A stretch of DNA of 64,000 bases from Acidimicrobiia bacterium (lineage in GTDB: Bacteria; Actinomycetota; Acidimicrobiia; IMCC26256; PALSA-555), in assembly GCA_038904515.1 (NCBI GenBank), contig JBCKKA010000001.1, forward strand, positions 3,387-67,386, written 5' to 3'. A program made the translations under genes and the position numbers. The notes under the pieces were generated by a model. It saw only the letters and a program-made list of their open reading frames with translations. It did no database searches and was not told the origin of the DNA. This document shows positions 56,092-64,000 of this stretch, one piece after another (within the stretch, counting starts at the first letter, position 1; every line of letters starts with the position of its first letter).

Positions 56092-57867
56092 GTGTTCGAT
56101 TCATCACCGCAAAGAGGTCCCGTGCTGCAACGAGTACTGATAGCTAACCGAGGCGAAATTGCTATACGCATTATGCGTACCTGTCGTGAACTCGGTATTG
56201 AGACGGTGGCGATTTATTCCGACCTCGACCAGAACGCCCAGCATGTGCGCTACGCCGACGCGGCATTTGCACTGGGTGGAAAAACCGTGGCCGAAAGTTA
56301 TCTTCAGAGTGATCGAATTTTAGAAATTATTCAGGAGAGTGGCGCCGACGCAGTTCACCCTGGTTACGGGTTCTTTTCCGAAAATGCCGACTTTGCCCGA
56401 AGCGTGACCGAACTTGGTGTGGTGTGGATCGGGCCGCCGCCAGAAGCGATCGAAATAATGGGCGATAAAATTTCTTCGCGTAAAGCCGCGATAGTCGCCG
56501 ATGTTGCGTCAGTACCCGGAACCATAGAACCCATTAACGATGTGTCCGAAATTGTTGCCTTCGGTGAAGAATACGGATGGCCCGTTGCTATCAAAGCGGC
56601 TTACGGCGGTGGCGGTAAAGGTATAAAGATTTGTGAAAGCGCCGACGAAGCCACCGAAGCCTTCGAGTCGGCAGCTCGAGAAGCACAAGCATATTTCGGG
56701 CGGTCAGAGGCTTACCTTGAGCGCTATCTAGCTAACCCTCGTCACATCGAAGTGCAGATTTTTGCTGATCAACACGGCAACGCGGTATGGCTAGGAGATC
56801 GCGACTGTTCGACCCAACGGCGCCACCAAAAACTAATTGAAGAAGCTCCCGCGGCAAATCTCCCCGACTCGATTCGGGTGGCAATGGGCGAAGCAGCAAC
56901 CAAAATCGCGCTCAGTTGCGGTTACGTTAACGCCGGCACAATAGAAATGCTTTACGAAGATGGCGAGTTTTGGTTTCTTGAGATGAATACTCGGCTTCAA
57001 GTTGAGCATTGCGTTACTGAGGAGACCACTGGGCTTGATCTGGTTGCCGAACAACTAAGAGTCGCAGCCGGCGAACCGCTCTCGTTCACACAAGATCAGA
57101 TTATTTGCCATGGTCACTCCATTGAATGTCGAATAAACGCCGAAGACCCGAGCACGGGATTTCTGCCGTCACCCGGCACTATTACCGAAATGGAAGTTCC
57201 CGCCGGTCCGGGCGTGCGCTGGGATAGCGGATACGAGGCGGGCGATTCGATCTCAGCGTATTACGACAACCTGATCGGAAAACTCATAGTTTGGGCTCCC
57301 GACCGAAAGGCCGCTATTAGCCGCATGCTGCGCGCTTTGAGTGAGTTGAAAATCTCGGGGGTTGCCACTACTGCTCCCGCACAACAGCTCCTGTTAGCAC
57401 TCCCTGCATTCGCTGAAGCTCGCCACACGACTAAATGGTTAGAAAAAGATTTAGCCGAAGATGCGTTTGCCGCGATTTCAACTGTTCCCGATTCCATAGC
57501 CGAAGATACTGACAGTTTCACTGAGCGATTAGTTCCGGTCGAAGTCAACAAAAAAAGATTTACAGTAAAAGTATGGGTTCCTACCGATGTGTCTTCTACT
57601 GGTAAATCGAATCCTCGGCCACGACCGGCGCGGTCGGCCGGATCGGCGGCTAGTAACGGAACTATCGCGTCACCGATGCAAGGAACTATCGTAAAAGTTT
57701 TGGTCGCCGCCGGCGATGAAGTTGAGGTTGGTCAAGCTCTAGTTGTTCTCGAAGCCATGAAAATGGAAAATCAGATAAACGCCGAGCGCTCGGGGATCGT
57801 AAAAGAAGTCCGCGTAGAGGTGGGGGCCAATGTCGGGACCGGGGATGTCCTAATCGTCATCGAGTAA
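56092..57867 (+). CDS. Acetyl/propionyl-CoA carboxylase alpha subunit (biotin carboxylase + BCCP)
   Basis: VLIANRGEIAIR, an ATP-grasp core, and the C-terminal biotinyl motif EAMKMEN. The true start may be the GTG at 56122. Confidence 0.93.
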   Translation: MFDSSPQRGPVLQRVLIANRGEIAIRIMRTCRELGIETVAIYSDLDQNAQHVRYADAAFALGGKTVAESYLQSDRILEIIQESGADAVHPGYGFFSENADFARSVTELGVVWIGPPPEAIEIMGDKISSRKAAIVADVASVPGTIEPINDVSEIVAFGEEYGWPVAIKAAYGGGGKGIKICESADEATEAFESAAREAQAYFGRSEAYLERYLANPRHIEVQIFADQHGNAVWLGDRDCSTQRRHQKLIEEAPAANLPDSIRVAMGEAATKIALSCGYVNAGTIEMLYEDGEFWFLEMNTRLQVEHCVTEETTGLDLVAEQLRVAAGEPLSFTQDQIICHGHSIECRINAEDPSTGFLPSPGTITEMEVPAGPGVRWDSGYEAGDSISAYYDNLIGKLIVWAPDRKAAISRMLRALSELKISGVATTAPAQQLLLALPAFAEARHTTKWLEKDLAEDAFAAISTVPDSIAEDTDSFTERLVPVEVNKKRFTVKVWVPTDVSSTGKSNPRPRPARSAGSAASNGTIASPMQGTIVKVLVAAGDEVEVGQALVVLEAMKMENQINAERSGIVKEVRVEVGANVGTGDVLIVIE

Positions 57868-57878
57868 TACTGTCCTCG

Positions 57879-58838
57879 ATGACCAAACTGCGCACCGACC
57901 AAGTAACCGGCCAAGAGGTGATCGTTGTCCCCGGGCGAGCGAGCCGGCCAGTAACCGCTATTGATCGGATCGCCGACGAGCCCAGCAGCAACCAAGACGG
58001 TGATCGCTCGTGTCCGTTCTGCACTGGCAATGAAACCGAAACTCCACCAGAGGTTTTTCGTATCGGTGAAGGTAAACCCGATACTCCCGGTTGGAAGGTG
58101 CGGGTAGTCCCCAATCTCTACCCGATTGTTGATGACGCCACGGGAGTTACCGGGGCTCATGAAGTGGTAGTGCTGTCACCCGCGCACGATACCGACTTTG
58201 GCGGCTTAACCGACGCGGCGGCAGGGGCTGTACTTTTTACCGCGCGGGAGCGGGCAAAATTTCACGATCAAGCTGGGCGCGCCCACACTCAAATATTTAT
58301 TAACCACGGACGATTGGCGGGATCATCTATCGCCCATCCTCACGCGCAAATTGTGGCTCTTGATATCATTGCGCCCCAAGTTATGGCTGAAGTTGCGCGT
58401 TATAAAGCCAAGAAAAACGTTATCGACGAAGACGCTACCGATGCCGCTAATCACGGTGGAGAAATCACCACTAAGGGTCAAATGCGCGCGTGGTGTCCGA
58501 CGGGAAGCATTTCGTCATATCTAGTGCGTATTGCGATTAACGGTTCTGAAAATGATGTAGCGGAGTTGCGTTTTGAGAACACCAGTGACGAATTGATCCA
58601 AGATAGCGCGATTATTTTACGCGACGTTCTGGCTGCATTAGCAAAATCAATCGACGCGCCCGACTACAACGTGGTACTCCATAATCCACCAGCTCGTGAT
58701 CCTGAATCGAGTTTTATGTGGTGGATAGAAGTCATTCCTCGAATCTCAGTGCTTGGTGGTTTTGAGCTCGGCTCCGGAGTTTTTGTTAATACGGTCGATC
58801 CTGCGGTGGCGGCCGCAATTCTCCGAGAAAATCTTTAA
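57879..58838 (+). CDS. galT: Galactose-1-phosphate uridylyltransferase (HIT superfamily, GalT type)
   Basis: Zn motif CPFCTGNE and active-site HPHAQIVAL. 319 aa. Confidence 0.82.
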   Translation: MTKLRTDQVTGQEVIVVPGRASRPVTAIDRIADEPSSNQDGDRSCPFCTGNETETPPEVFRIGEGKPDTPGWKVRVVPNLYPIVDDATGVTGAHEVVVLSPAHDTDFGGLTDAAAGAVLFTARERAKFHDQAGRAHTQIFINHGRLAGSSIAHPHAQIVALDIIAPQVMAEVARYKAKKNVIDEDATDAANHGGEITTKGQMRAWCPTGSISSYLVRIAINGSENDVAELRFENTSDELIQDSAIILRDVLAALAKSIDAPDYNVVLHNPPARDPESSFMWWIEVIPRISVLGGFELGSGVFVNTVDPAVAAAILRENL

Positions 58839-59618
58839 TCAAGCACCCGTAAATTTTGCTTTACCAGGTCCGTTCGTAAGAAATGAATTAATTCCGATCT
58901 CAGAATCTTTGGTGGCAAAAGTAGCAATGAAAGCATCGGCTTCCATATCAAGACCGGTAGCGAGATCGCCGTTTAGTCCGGTGTCGATGGCCTGCTTGGC
59001 TAAACCAATCGCGGCCGATGCCCCGTTCGCTAGTGACCGCGCCCACTCAAGTGCGGCGGCGTCGACTTCGGCATCAGGAACAACCCGATCGAGCAAACCA
59101 AAAACGAGTGCCTCGTCAGCGCGGAGCATGCGCCCAGTCCACACCATGTCCTTAGCGCGTGCCGGACCAACCAGTCGCGGTAACCGCTGGGTTCCGCCCG
59201 CGCCCGGAATAATACCTAACAGAACTTCTGGTTGACCCAATCGAGCGGTATCACCCGCTACTCGCAAATCACAGGCCAAGGCGAGTTCTAAACCGCCACC
59301 GAGAGCAAACCCGCGGATTGCCGCAATGACGGGACGGTTAATCGCAGCCAGTGCGTCGAAGGCTCGACGAAAAGTTTTAGTCACCGTAGCGGCTGCTTCA
59401 GAACCAGTGAACTCAGCTACATCAGCACCCGCAGCAAAGGCTCGGTCGGATCCCGCCACAACGACTGCGCCTAGATCGTCTTGCTGGGCTAACCCCGCGA
59501 CAATTTCCGCTAGTTCAGAAAGCAACGCACAAGATAGTGCGTTGAGCGGTGGACGCTGGAGGCGAATCCGGGCAACTCTCGGCTCGGGCCAATCGAGGGC
59601 TACTAAAGAATCAACCAT
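58839..59618 (-). CDS. Enoyl-CoA hydratase/isomerase (crotonase) family protein
   Basis: Crotonase fold motifs: FAAGADV, AIRGFALGGGLELALACD and GIIPGAGGTQRL. Confidence 0.88.
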   Translation of the reverse strand: MVDSLVALDWPEPRVARIRLQRPPLNALSCALLSELAEIVAGLAQQDDLGAVVVAGSDRAFAAGADVAEFTGSEAAATVTKTFRRAFDALAAINRPVIAAIRGFALGGGLELALACDLRVAGDTARLGQPEVLLGIIPGAGGTQRLPRLVGPARAKDMVWTGRMLRADEALVFGLLDRVVPDAEVDAAALEWARSLANGASAAIGLAKQAIDTGLNGDLATGLDMEADAFIATFATKDSEIGINSFLTNGPGKAKFTGA

Positions 59619-59619
59619 C

Positions 59620-60582
59620 TTAAGCCAGATTGCTTACGAGTTGTCGAGCGGCCGCGTACGGATCTATTTTTCTGCTGACAATCTCGGCAACACAACTATC
59701 AAACTCCGCCCCTCGGCAAATCAATTCCGCGCCACTAGCCAATTGCGCCGCGACAATGGCCCGCAACTCTTCCGCAAGCCGCCGCGCACGCTTTGCTTCA
59801 CCCCGCCCCGCGGTGAGCATAAAATCTTGGTGATCACTAATCGCGCTACGAAGTTCTTCTATGCCCGCACCTTCAGTTGCCACGGTCTCGATTATCGGTG
59901 GTGCCCATTCGCGGTTTGTCGAAAGTTCGAGCATCACCGATAAATTGCGCACCGCGGCATCAGCTCCCGGTCGGTCAGCCTTATTGACTACGAAAACATC
60001 AGCAATCTCGAGTAACCCCGCTTTGTTTGCTTGAACTTGGTCGCCCCAACCGGGGTTGACCACCACCACCGTGGTATCGGTAGCGCGGGCGACATCCACC
60101 TCAACTTGTCCCACTCCTACGGTCTCAATAATTATTCGCGCGAAGCCGGCTGCATCAAGAATCCGCACTGCTTGTGGAGTAGCTAACGCGAGTCCGCCGA
60201 GATGACCGCGGGTAGCCATCGAACGAATAAATACTTCATCGTCGGTAGCGTGACTCGGCATCCGCACTCGATCGCCCAAAATGGCACCACCGGTAAACGG
60301 GCTCGACGGATCGATTGCTAAAACCCCCACATCATCGCCTTGAGCACGGTAACTCGTAATCAAACGATCAGTAAGAGTCGACTTTCCCGCCCCTGGCGCG
60401 CCAGTGATTCCGACGACATAGGCCTTGCCGGTTTTAGAAAATAGTTCTGCCGCGGCGATTGAACCGGGTTCCTGTCCAGTTTCGACCAACGAAATAAGTC
60501 GCGCGAGCGCGCTTCGGTCTCCCGCTACTAATGATTCCGCGATTTCAATCACGACTAACCGTAGTTGCTTACTTCCGCCCAT
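59620..60582 (-). CDS. meaB: Methylmalonyl-CoA mutase-associated G3E GTPase MeaB/ArgK
   Basis: P-loop GAPGAGKST, ETVGVGQ and NKAD motifs. 320 aa. Confidence 0.9.
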   Translation of the reverse strand: MGGSKQLRLVVIEIAESLVAGDRSALARLISLVETGQEPGSIAAAELFSKTGKAYVVGITGAPGAGKSTLTDRLITSYRAQGDDVGVLAIDPSSPFTGGAILGDRVRMPSHATDDEVFIRSMATRGHLGGLALATPQAVRILDAAGFARIIIETVGVGQVEVDVARATDTTVVVVNPGWGDQVQANKAGLLEIADVFVVNKADRPGADAAVRNLSVMLELSTNREWAPPIIETVATEGAGIEELRSAISDHQDFMLTAGRGEAKRARRLAEELRAIVAAQLASGAELICRGAEFDSCVAEIVSRKIDPYAAARQLVSNLA

Positions 60583-60640
60583 CCTTGTTTACTTAACGCC
60601 AACCCCTTGAGTATCGCATTTCTTCCCCGAATAGATGATT

Positions 60641-61903
60641 CTAAGTGAGTCGCTCAACGTCGGCGCCGACTGAACGCAATTTTCCCGCGAGATCGGCGTA
60701 GCCCCGTTCCGCGTGATGAGGGTCGAGGACGGTGGTTTCGCCGTCAGCGGTAAGGCCCGCAATAACCAACGCCGCGCCCGCCCTTACATCGAATGCCCGC
60801 ACTGGCGCGCCCGAAAGACGCGCAACCCCTCGCACCACCGCGTGTCGCCCTTCAGTTCGGACATCAGCGCCCATGCGGTGGAGTTCGTCGACGAAAGCGA
60901 AACGGTGTTCAAAAATATTCTCAGTAACGATGGCGGTTCCGTCAGCAGTGGCTAATGCGGCCACGATTAGCGGCATGAAGTCGGTGGAAAAACCTGGGTA
61001 CGGCAATGTTTGAACATCACACGCAGTTAGTCGCTCACTGCGTTTGGTCCGAATTCCGTCAGCAACTTCAGTTACGGTGACGCCCAGTTCGCCCAACTTG
61101 CGCCCCACCATTTCAAGATCACTAAGAGAAATTCCTTTGATCGTGATATCGCCGCCAGCAGCCGCGCACGCCATCATGAGTGTTCCCGCTTCAATTCGAT
61201 CACCGATAATCGTGTGTTCAGCAGGGACGAGCGCCGAAACCCCTTCGATGATTAGTGTTGAAGTGCCCGCGCCACTTATATGCGCACCCATTCCGTTTAA
61301 AAACTTAACTAGATCGCAAATTTCTGGCTCTCGTGCGGCATTTTCTATTACCGTTTCGCCTTTGGCTAATACTGCTGCAGTCATAATTGTTTCAGTTGCG
61401 CCTACGCTGGGATATTCCAAAACTACGCGGGCACCATTTAACGATCGACAGCTTGCTTCGATAAATCCGTGTTCGACTCGGAGTTCAACACCAAGAGCCT
61501 CAAGACCGTGAAAATGTAGATTCAGCTTCCGACTGCCGATGTTGTCGCCGCCCGGAAGTGCCACCCGAGCTCGCCCCGAGCGAGCCAGAAGCGGCCCCAG
61601 AACATTTATCGACGCGCGCATGCGACTGACTAACTCGTAAGGTGCTTCGGGAATCAGTTGGTCAGGAACTCGTAGTGATAATGAATCTTGTGCGCGCGGC
61701 GTGATCTCGACTCCTATCGCTTCGAGAAGCGAAACCATAACGCCCAAGTCGTCTACGGGAGTCAGATTATGGAGAACGGTTTCACCGGGAGCTAGTAACG
61801 CGGCAGCCATCTGTTTAAGACCGGCATTTTTGGTCATCCCAGAAATCTGCACAGTTCCGGACAGGGGCGAGCCGGCGCGCACCACATAACGATCACTGCT
61901 CAT
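60641..61903 (-). CDS. murA: UDP-N-acetylglucosamine 1-carboxyvinyltransferase
   Basis: 420 aa. The active-site loop is LPGGDNIGSRKLNLH, with Asp120 where E. coli MurA has Cys115. Confidence 0.95.
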   Translation of the reverse strand: MSSDRYVVRAGSPLSGTVQISGMTKNAGLKQMAAALLAPGETVLHNLTPVDDLGVMVSLLEAIGVEITPRAQDSLSLRVPDQLIPEAPYELVSRMRASINVLGPLLARSGRARVALPGGDNIGSRKLNLHFHGLEALGVELRVEHGFIEASCRSLNGARVVLEYPSVGATETIMTAAVLAKGETVIENAAREPEICDLVKFLNGMGAHISGAGTSTLIIEGVSALVPAEHTIIGDRIEAGTLMMACAAAGGDITIKGISLSDLEMVGRKLGELGVTVTEVADGIRTKRSERLTACDVQTLPYPGFSTDFMPLIVAALATADGTAIVTENIFEHRFAFVDELHRMGADVRTEGRHAVVRGVARLSGAPVRAFDVRAGAALVIAGLTADGETTVLDPHHAERGYADLAGKLRSVGADVERLT

Positions 61904-61986
61904 CTCTACGAGGATACGAGATTGCGTAGTGGTCTATATGCTCTCGTAATCAGTAGCAGTTGAGCGCGTTCGAGGGCAATCTAGAT

Positions 61987-62823
61987 TTAACGGCCACGGT
62001 ATTCCGGTGAACGCTGCTCAATAAAAGCAGTGATGGCCTCTTTCATATCTTCTGAACGCAGGCAGACACTCTGGGCTTCGGCTTCAATCAGTAGACCTTC
62101 TTGCACGCTTAATCCCGAAGTGGCCGCGCTTAGCGCCCGCTTGGCCCCCCGAACTGCTAGCGGGGGCTGGGCCGCAATAATTTTCGCTAAGTCGTCGGCA
62201 ACTTCTTCTAGTTCTTCATCAGAAACCAAACGCTCAGCCAGTCCGATGCGATGGGCTTCCTCTGCGTCTATCTGAGCGGAAGTAAGAATTATTTCGGCGG
62301 CCTTGCCCGCGCCAACTAAACGAGGGAGTCGTTGGGTGCCACCTAAATCAGGAATGATTCCGTATTTAAATTCGAGCAACCCCACCCGAGTGCCGCGCGC
62401 TATAACGCGTAAGTCGCACGCCAAAGCCAGCTGCAAACCCGCGCCCAGAGCAAACCCGCGTACGGCAGCAATAGTGGCAAACGGGGCATCGGCCAACCAC
62501 GAATAGGAATCTTGAATGGTAAGAATTCCCGCTACCACTGGATCGAGATGGCGTTCATCGGCGGAGTCGGCGGAGTCGAGAGAGCCGGCGGTGGCAGTCG
62601 GTTCAGAAAAAACACTGGTATCGATTCCGCTAGAAAATGCCCGACCTTCACCAATAACTACTAAGGCTCGTAGTTCGCCAGGATCAGCGCATAACTCTTC
62701 ACCCAACTCACGGAGTTCCCGCCACATTTCAATCGTGAAAGAATTCAGCCGGTCGGGTCGGCACAGCGTGAGCCGTCCAACTCGGCCCGGTTCATAACGA
62801 AGGGTGTTGTAGGAATTAGTCAC
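61987..62823 (-). CDS. Enoyl-CoA hydratase/isomerase (crotonase) family protein
   Basis: AVRGFALGAGLQLALACD and GIIPDLGGTQRL motifs. 278 aa. Confidence 0.88.
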   Translation of the reverse strand: MTNSYNTLRYEPGRVGRLTLCRPDRLNSFTIEMWRELRELGEELCADPGELRALVVIGEGRAFSSGIDTSVFSEPTATAGSLDSADSADERHLDPVVAGILTIQDSYSWLADAPFATIAAVRGFALGAGLQLALACDLRVIARGTRVGLLEFKYGIIPDLGGTQRLPRLVGAGKAAEIILTSAQIDAEEAHRIGLAERLVSDEELEEVADDLAKIIAAQPPLAVRGAKRALSAATSGLSVQEGLLIEAEAQSVCLRSEDMKEAITAFIEQRSPEYRGR

Positions 62824-62834
62824 TAAAACGCAGG

Positions 62835-63371
62835 CTAGCCCGCTACGGCGATATCCACCTCGGAACGAGCTTGAATCCTAACCACTTCTACTGAATCAGC
62901 AAACCCCGATACGTCAAGGGCGCCCACGGCTAATACCTCGGCCGACTTAGGCACATCGCTACTCAACACGTCAGTGGCGAGCAGTTCGCCGGGTGCCGCC
63001 TTGGCACAAAGCCGAGCGGCGAGGTTTACTGCGGTGCCAACATAGTCGTCACCCTCAAGCAGCAAAACCGGACCGACTGCCATTCCTCCTCGCAGCGGAA
63101 GCACCAGACCTGATGCTTCAAAGCGAGCCATTATGGCGAGGTTGGCTTCAACGAGTCGACGACGGGTAGGACTGACCAGCATTACGCCGTCACCCAACCA
63201 CTTATCAACTCGAACTGCGTAACTCGAAGCGACTTCCCGTACCAAATTACGAAATTGAGTCAGCGCTAATACTGCTTCTTCATCACCGTGCACATCGGTG
63301 AAACGAGTAAACCCGCACAAATCAAGAAAAGCAAAAGATCGTTCAACTCGCATGTCTCTATTATCGCACAC
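62835..63371 (-). CDS. Minimal class III adenylate/guanylate cyclase catalytic-domain protein
   Basis: 178 aa. FAFLDLCGFTRFTD metal-binding motif and GTAVNLAARL. No sensor or regulatory domain. The start may be the internal MRVERSF. Confidence 0.8.
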   Translation of the reverse strand: MCDNRDMRVERSFAFLDLCGFTRFTDVHGDEEAVLALTQFRNLVREVASSYAVRVDKWLGDGVMLVSPTRRRLVEANLAIMARFEASGLVLPLRGGMAVGPVLLLEGDDYVGTAVNLAARLCAKAAPGELLATDVLSSDVPKSAEVLAVGALDVSGFADSVEVVRIQARSEVDIAVAG

Positions 63372-63436
63372 ACGCGAGCGAAAACTCCGATAATTAACGA
63401 TTTACAGCCTAAATTAACTTTCTGTTCGCATTCCGT

Positions 63437-63462
63437 ACACTAATAACGAACACTAATAACTG
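63437..63462. repeat. 13-nt x2 tandem duplication upstream of the cyclase gene
   Basis: acactaataacga at 63437-63449 and acactaataactg at 63450-63462. Confidence 0.85.
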
Positions 63463-63490
63463 GCTCGGCTCTCCGTTTCGCATTCCCCGT

Positions 63491-63525
63491 TCCTGATTCC
63501 TGATTCCTGATTCCGTATTCCTGAT
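63491..63525. repeat. Heptamer tandem array (5 units, one variant) upstream of the cyclase gene
   Basis: tcctgat x3 at 63491-63511, tccgtat at 63512-63518 and tcctgat at 63519-63525. The array lies 120-154 nt upstream of the cyclase ATG and just after the hydrolase stop. Confidence 0.92.
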
Positions 63526-63535
63526 TTCGGGATTT

Positions 63536-64000
63536 TTAGCAGTCCGCGACCCATTGGGCGGCGGTGTGGGCGACTTCAGTTATTACATCCTCTACGGTGA
63601 TACCACTCCGTTTTAGCGGGCGATAAGAATGATCGGCGGTTTCCAGCCAGTGAATGGTGGTGGGACCGGTTATTTTCTTAACGGCCAGTTCCAGCGCCGG
63701 ACGCGGTGCCAGCGCATCACGGGTTCCACTAAGGCAGAGTACGGGAACTTTTATCGAACCAAAGTGAGCATCACGAATTTTTTCTGGCGAACTCAGCGGA
63801 TGTAGCGGATACGAAAGTAATAACAGCCCTAATGCCGGCAGCGGATCGTGGGCATCGGCGACCAACATTGAGGCGTAACGCCCGCCCATCGACCGGCCGC
63901 CCACTACGAGACGATCAGGAGGTAAACCCGCTCGTTCGCTTAGTTCCGCCGCGGCAGATCTAGTGACCGCAGCCAAAACCATCGGTCGGTCGGGGGCGCG
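63536..64000 (-). CDS. Alpha/beta hydrolase (dienelactone hydrolase-like), C-terminal part; the gene continues beyond the window end
   Basis: Nucleophile elbow GGRSMGG and C-terminal TADHSY. The reading frame stays open upstream of the first Met (..RAPDRP-MVLAAV). Confidence 0.75.
   Translation of the reverse strand, partial: RAPDRPMVLAAVTRSAAAELSERAGLPPDRLVVGGRSMGGRYASMLVADAHDPLPALGLLLLSYPLHPLSSPEKIRDAHFGSIKVPVLCLSGTRDALAPRPALELAVKKITGPTTIHWLETADHSYRPLKRSGITVEDVITEVAHTAAQWVADC

Noticed and set aside
1-64000. Mobile elements, prophage, toxin-antitoxin or defence islands; tRNA, rRNA or other known ncRNA genes
   Set aside because: Every ORF over ~60 aa outside shadow frames has a housekeeping or envelope-related assignment. 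I found no integrase, transposase, reverse transcriptase, nuclease-helicase pair or small paired ORFs. No intergenic gap over 70 nt shows tRNA-like T-arm or anticodon-arm features.

Overview
This window is a gene-dense (about 95% coding), mostly minus-strand stretch of core chromosome. By gene order and protein signatures it comes from a moderate-GC member of the Actinomycetota, possibly a streamlined lineage; I cannot name the species from sequence alone. Starts and stops often overlap by 1-11 nt (ATGA, GTGA and TGATG junctions). Gene content in order:

- rpsP (partial), ffh, ftsY, an MscS channel, smc, mutM, rnc, an ACP, plsX, rpmF, DUF177, coaD, rsmD, recG, a DAK2/YloV protein.
- rpmB, a small OB-fold protein, pckG.
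- ddl, an MhuD-like ABM monooxygenase, a coiled-coil M23 peptidase, ftsX, ftsE, prfB, secA, a DUF2079 membrane protein, a ComF-like protein, ahcY.
- A GDP-mannose and envelope-glycan block: PGI/PMI, Trm112-like, phosphomannomutase, an 807-aa polytopic membrane protein, a CPBP protease, ftsH, a thioredoxin-like protein, a DUF5719-like protein, a 1099-aa GT2-membrane fusion.
- F420 genes: cofD, cofE and a separate nitroreductase-fold gene.
- An epimerase/manC/His-motif protein/GT2/LCP operon.
- pabB, pabC, birA, a biotin carboxylase/BCCP subunit, galT, two crotonases, meaB, murA, a minimal class III cyclase and a partial alpha/beta hydrolase.

I found no rRNA, tRNA, CRISPR array, transposase, integrase, phage gene or recognisable defence gene, and I do not see a clear-cut novel multi-gene system. 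The features most worth follow-up are:

1. Unrelated short head-to-tail duplications, most often with a 13-nt unit, lying just upstream of start codons or in protein tails.
2. A structured ahcY leader whose outer helix sequesters the Shine-Dalgarno sequence.
3. An uncharacterised, translationally coupled GT2-membrane-fusion/DUF5719-like/thioredoxin-like operon.
4. FbiB split into two coupled genes.
5. An FtsEX-adjacent M23 hydrolase with intact catalytic motifs.
6. MurA carrying Asp at the fosfomycin-target Cys position.

All family assignments rest on motifs I read in the supplied translations and on synteny, not on database searches.
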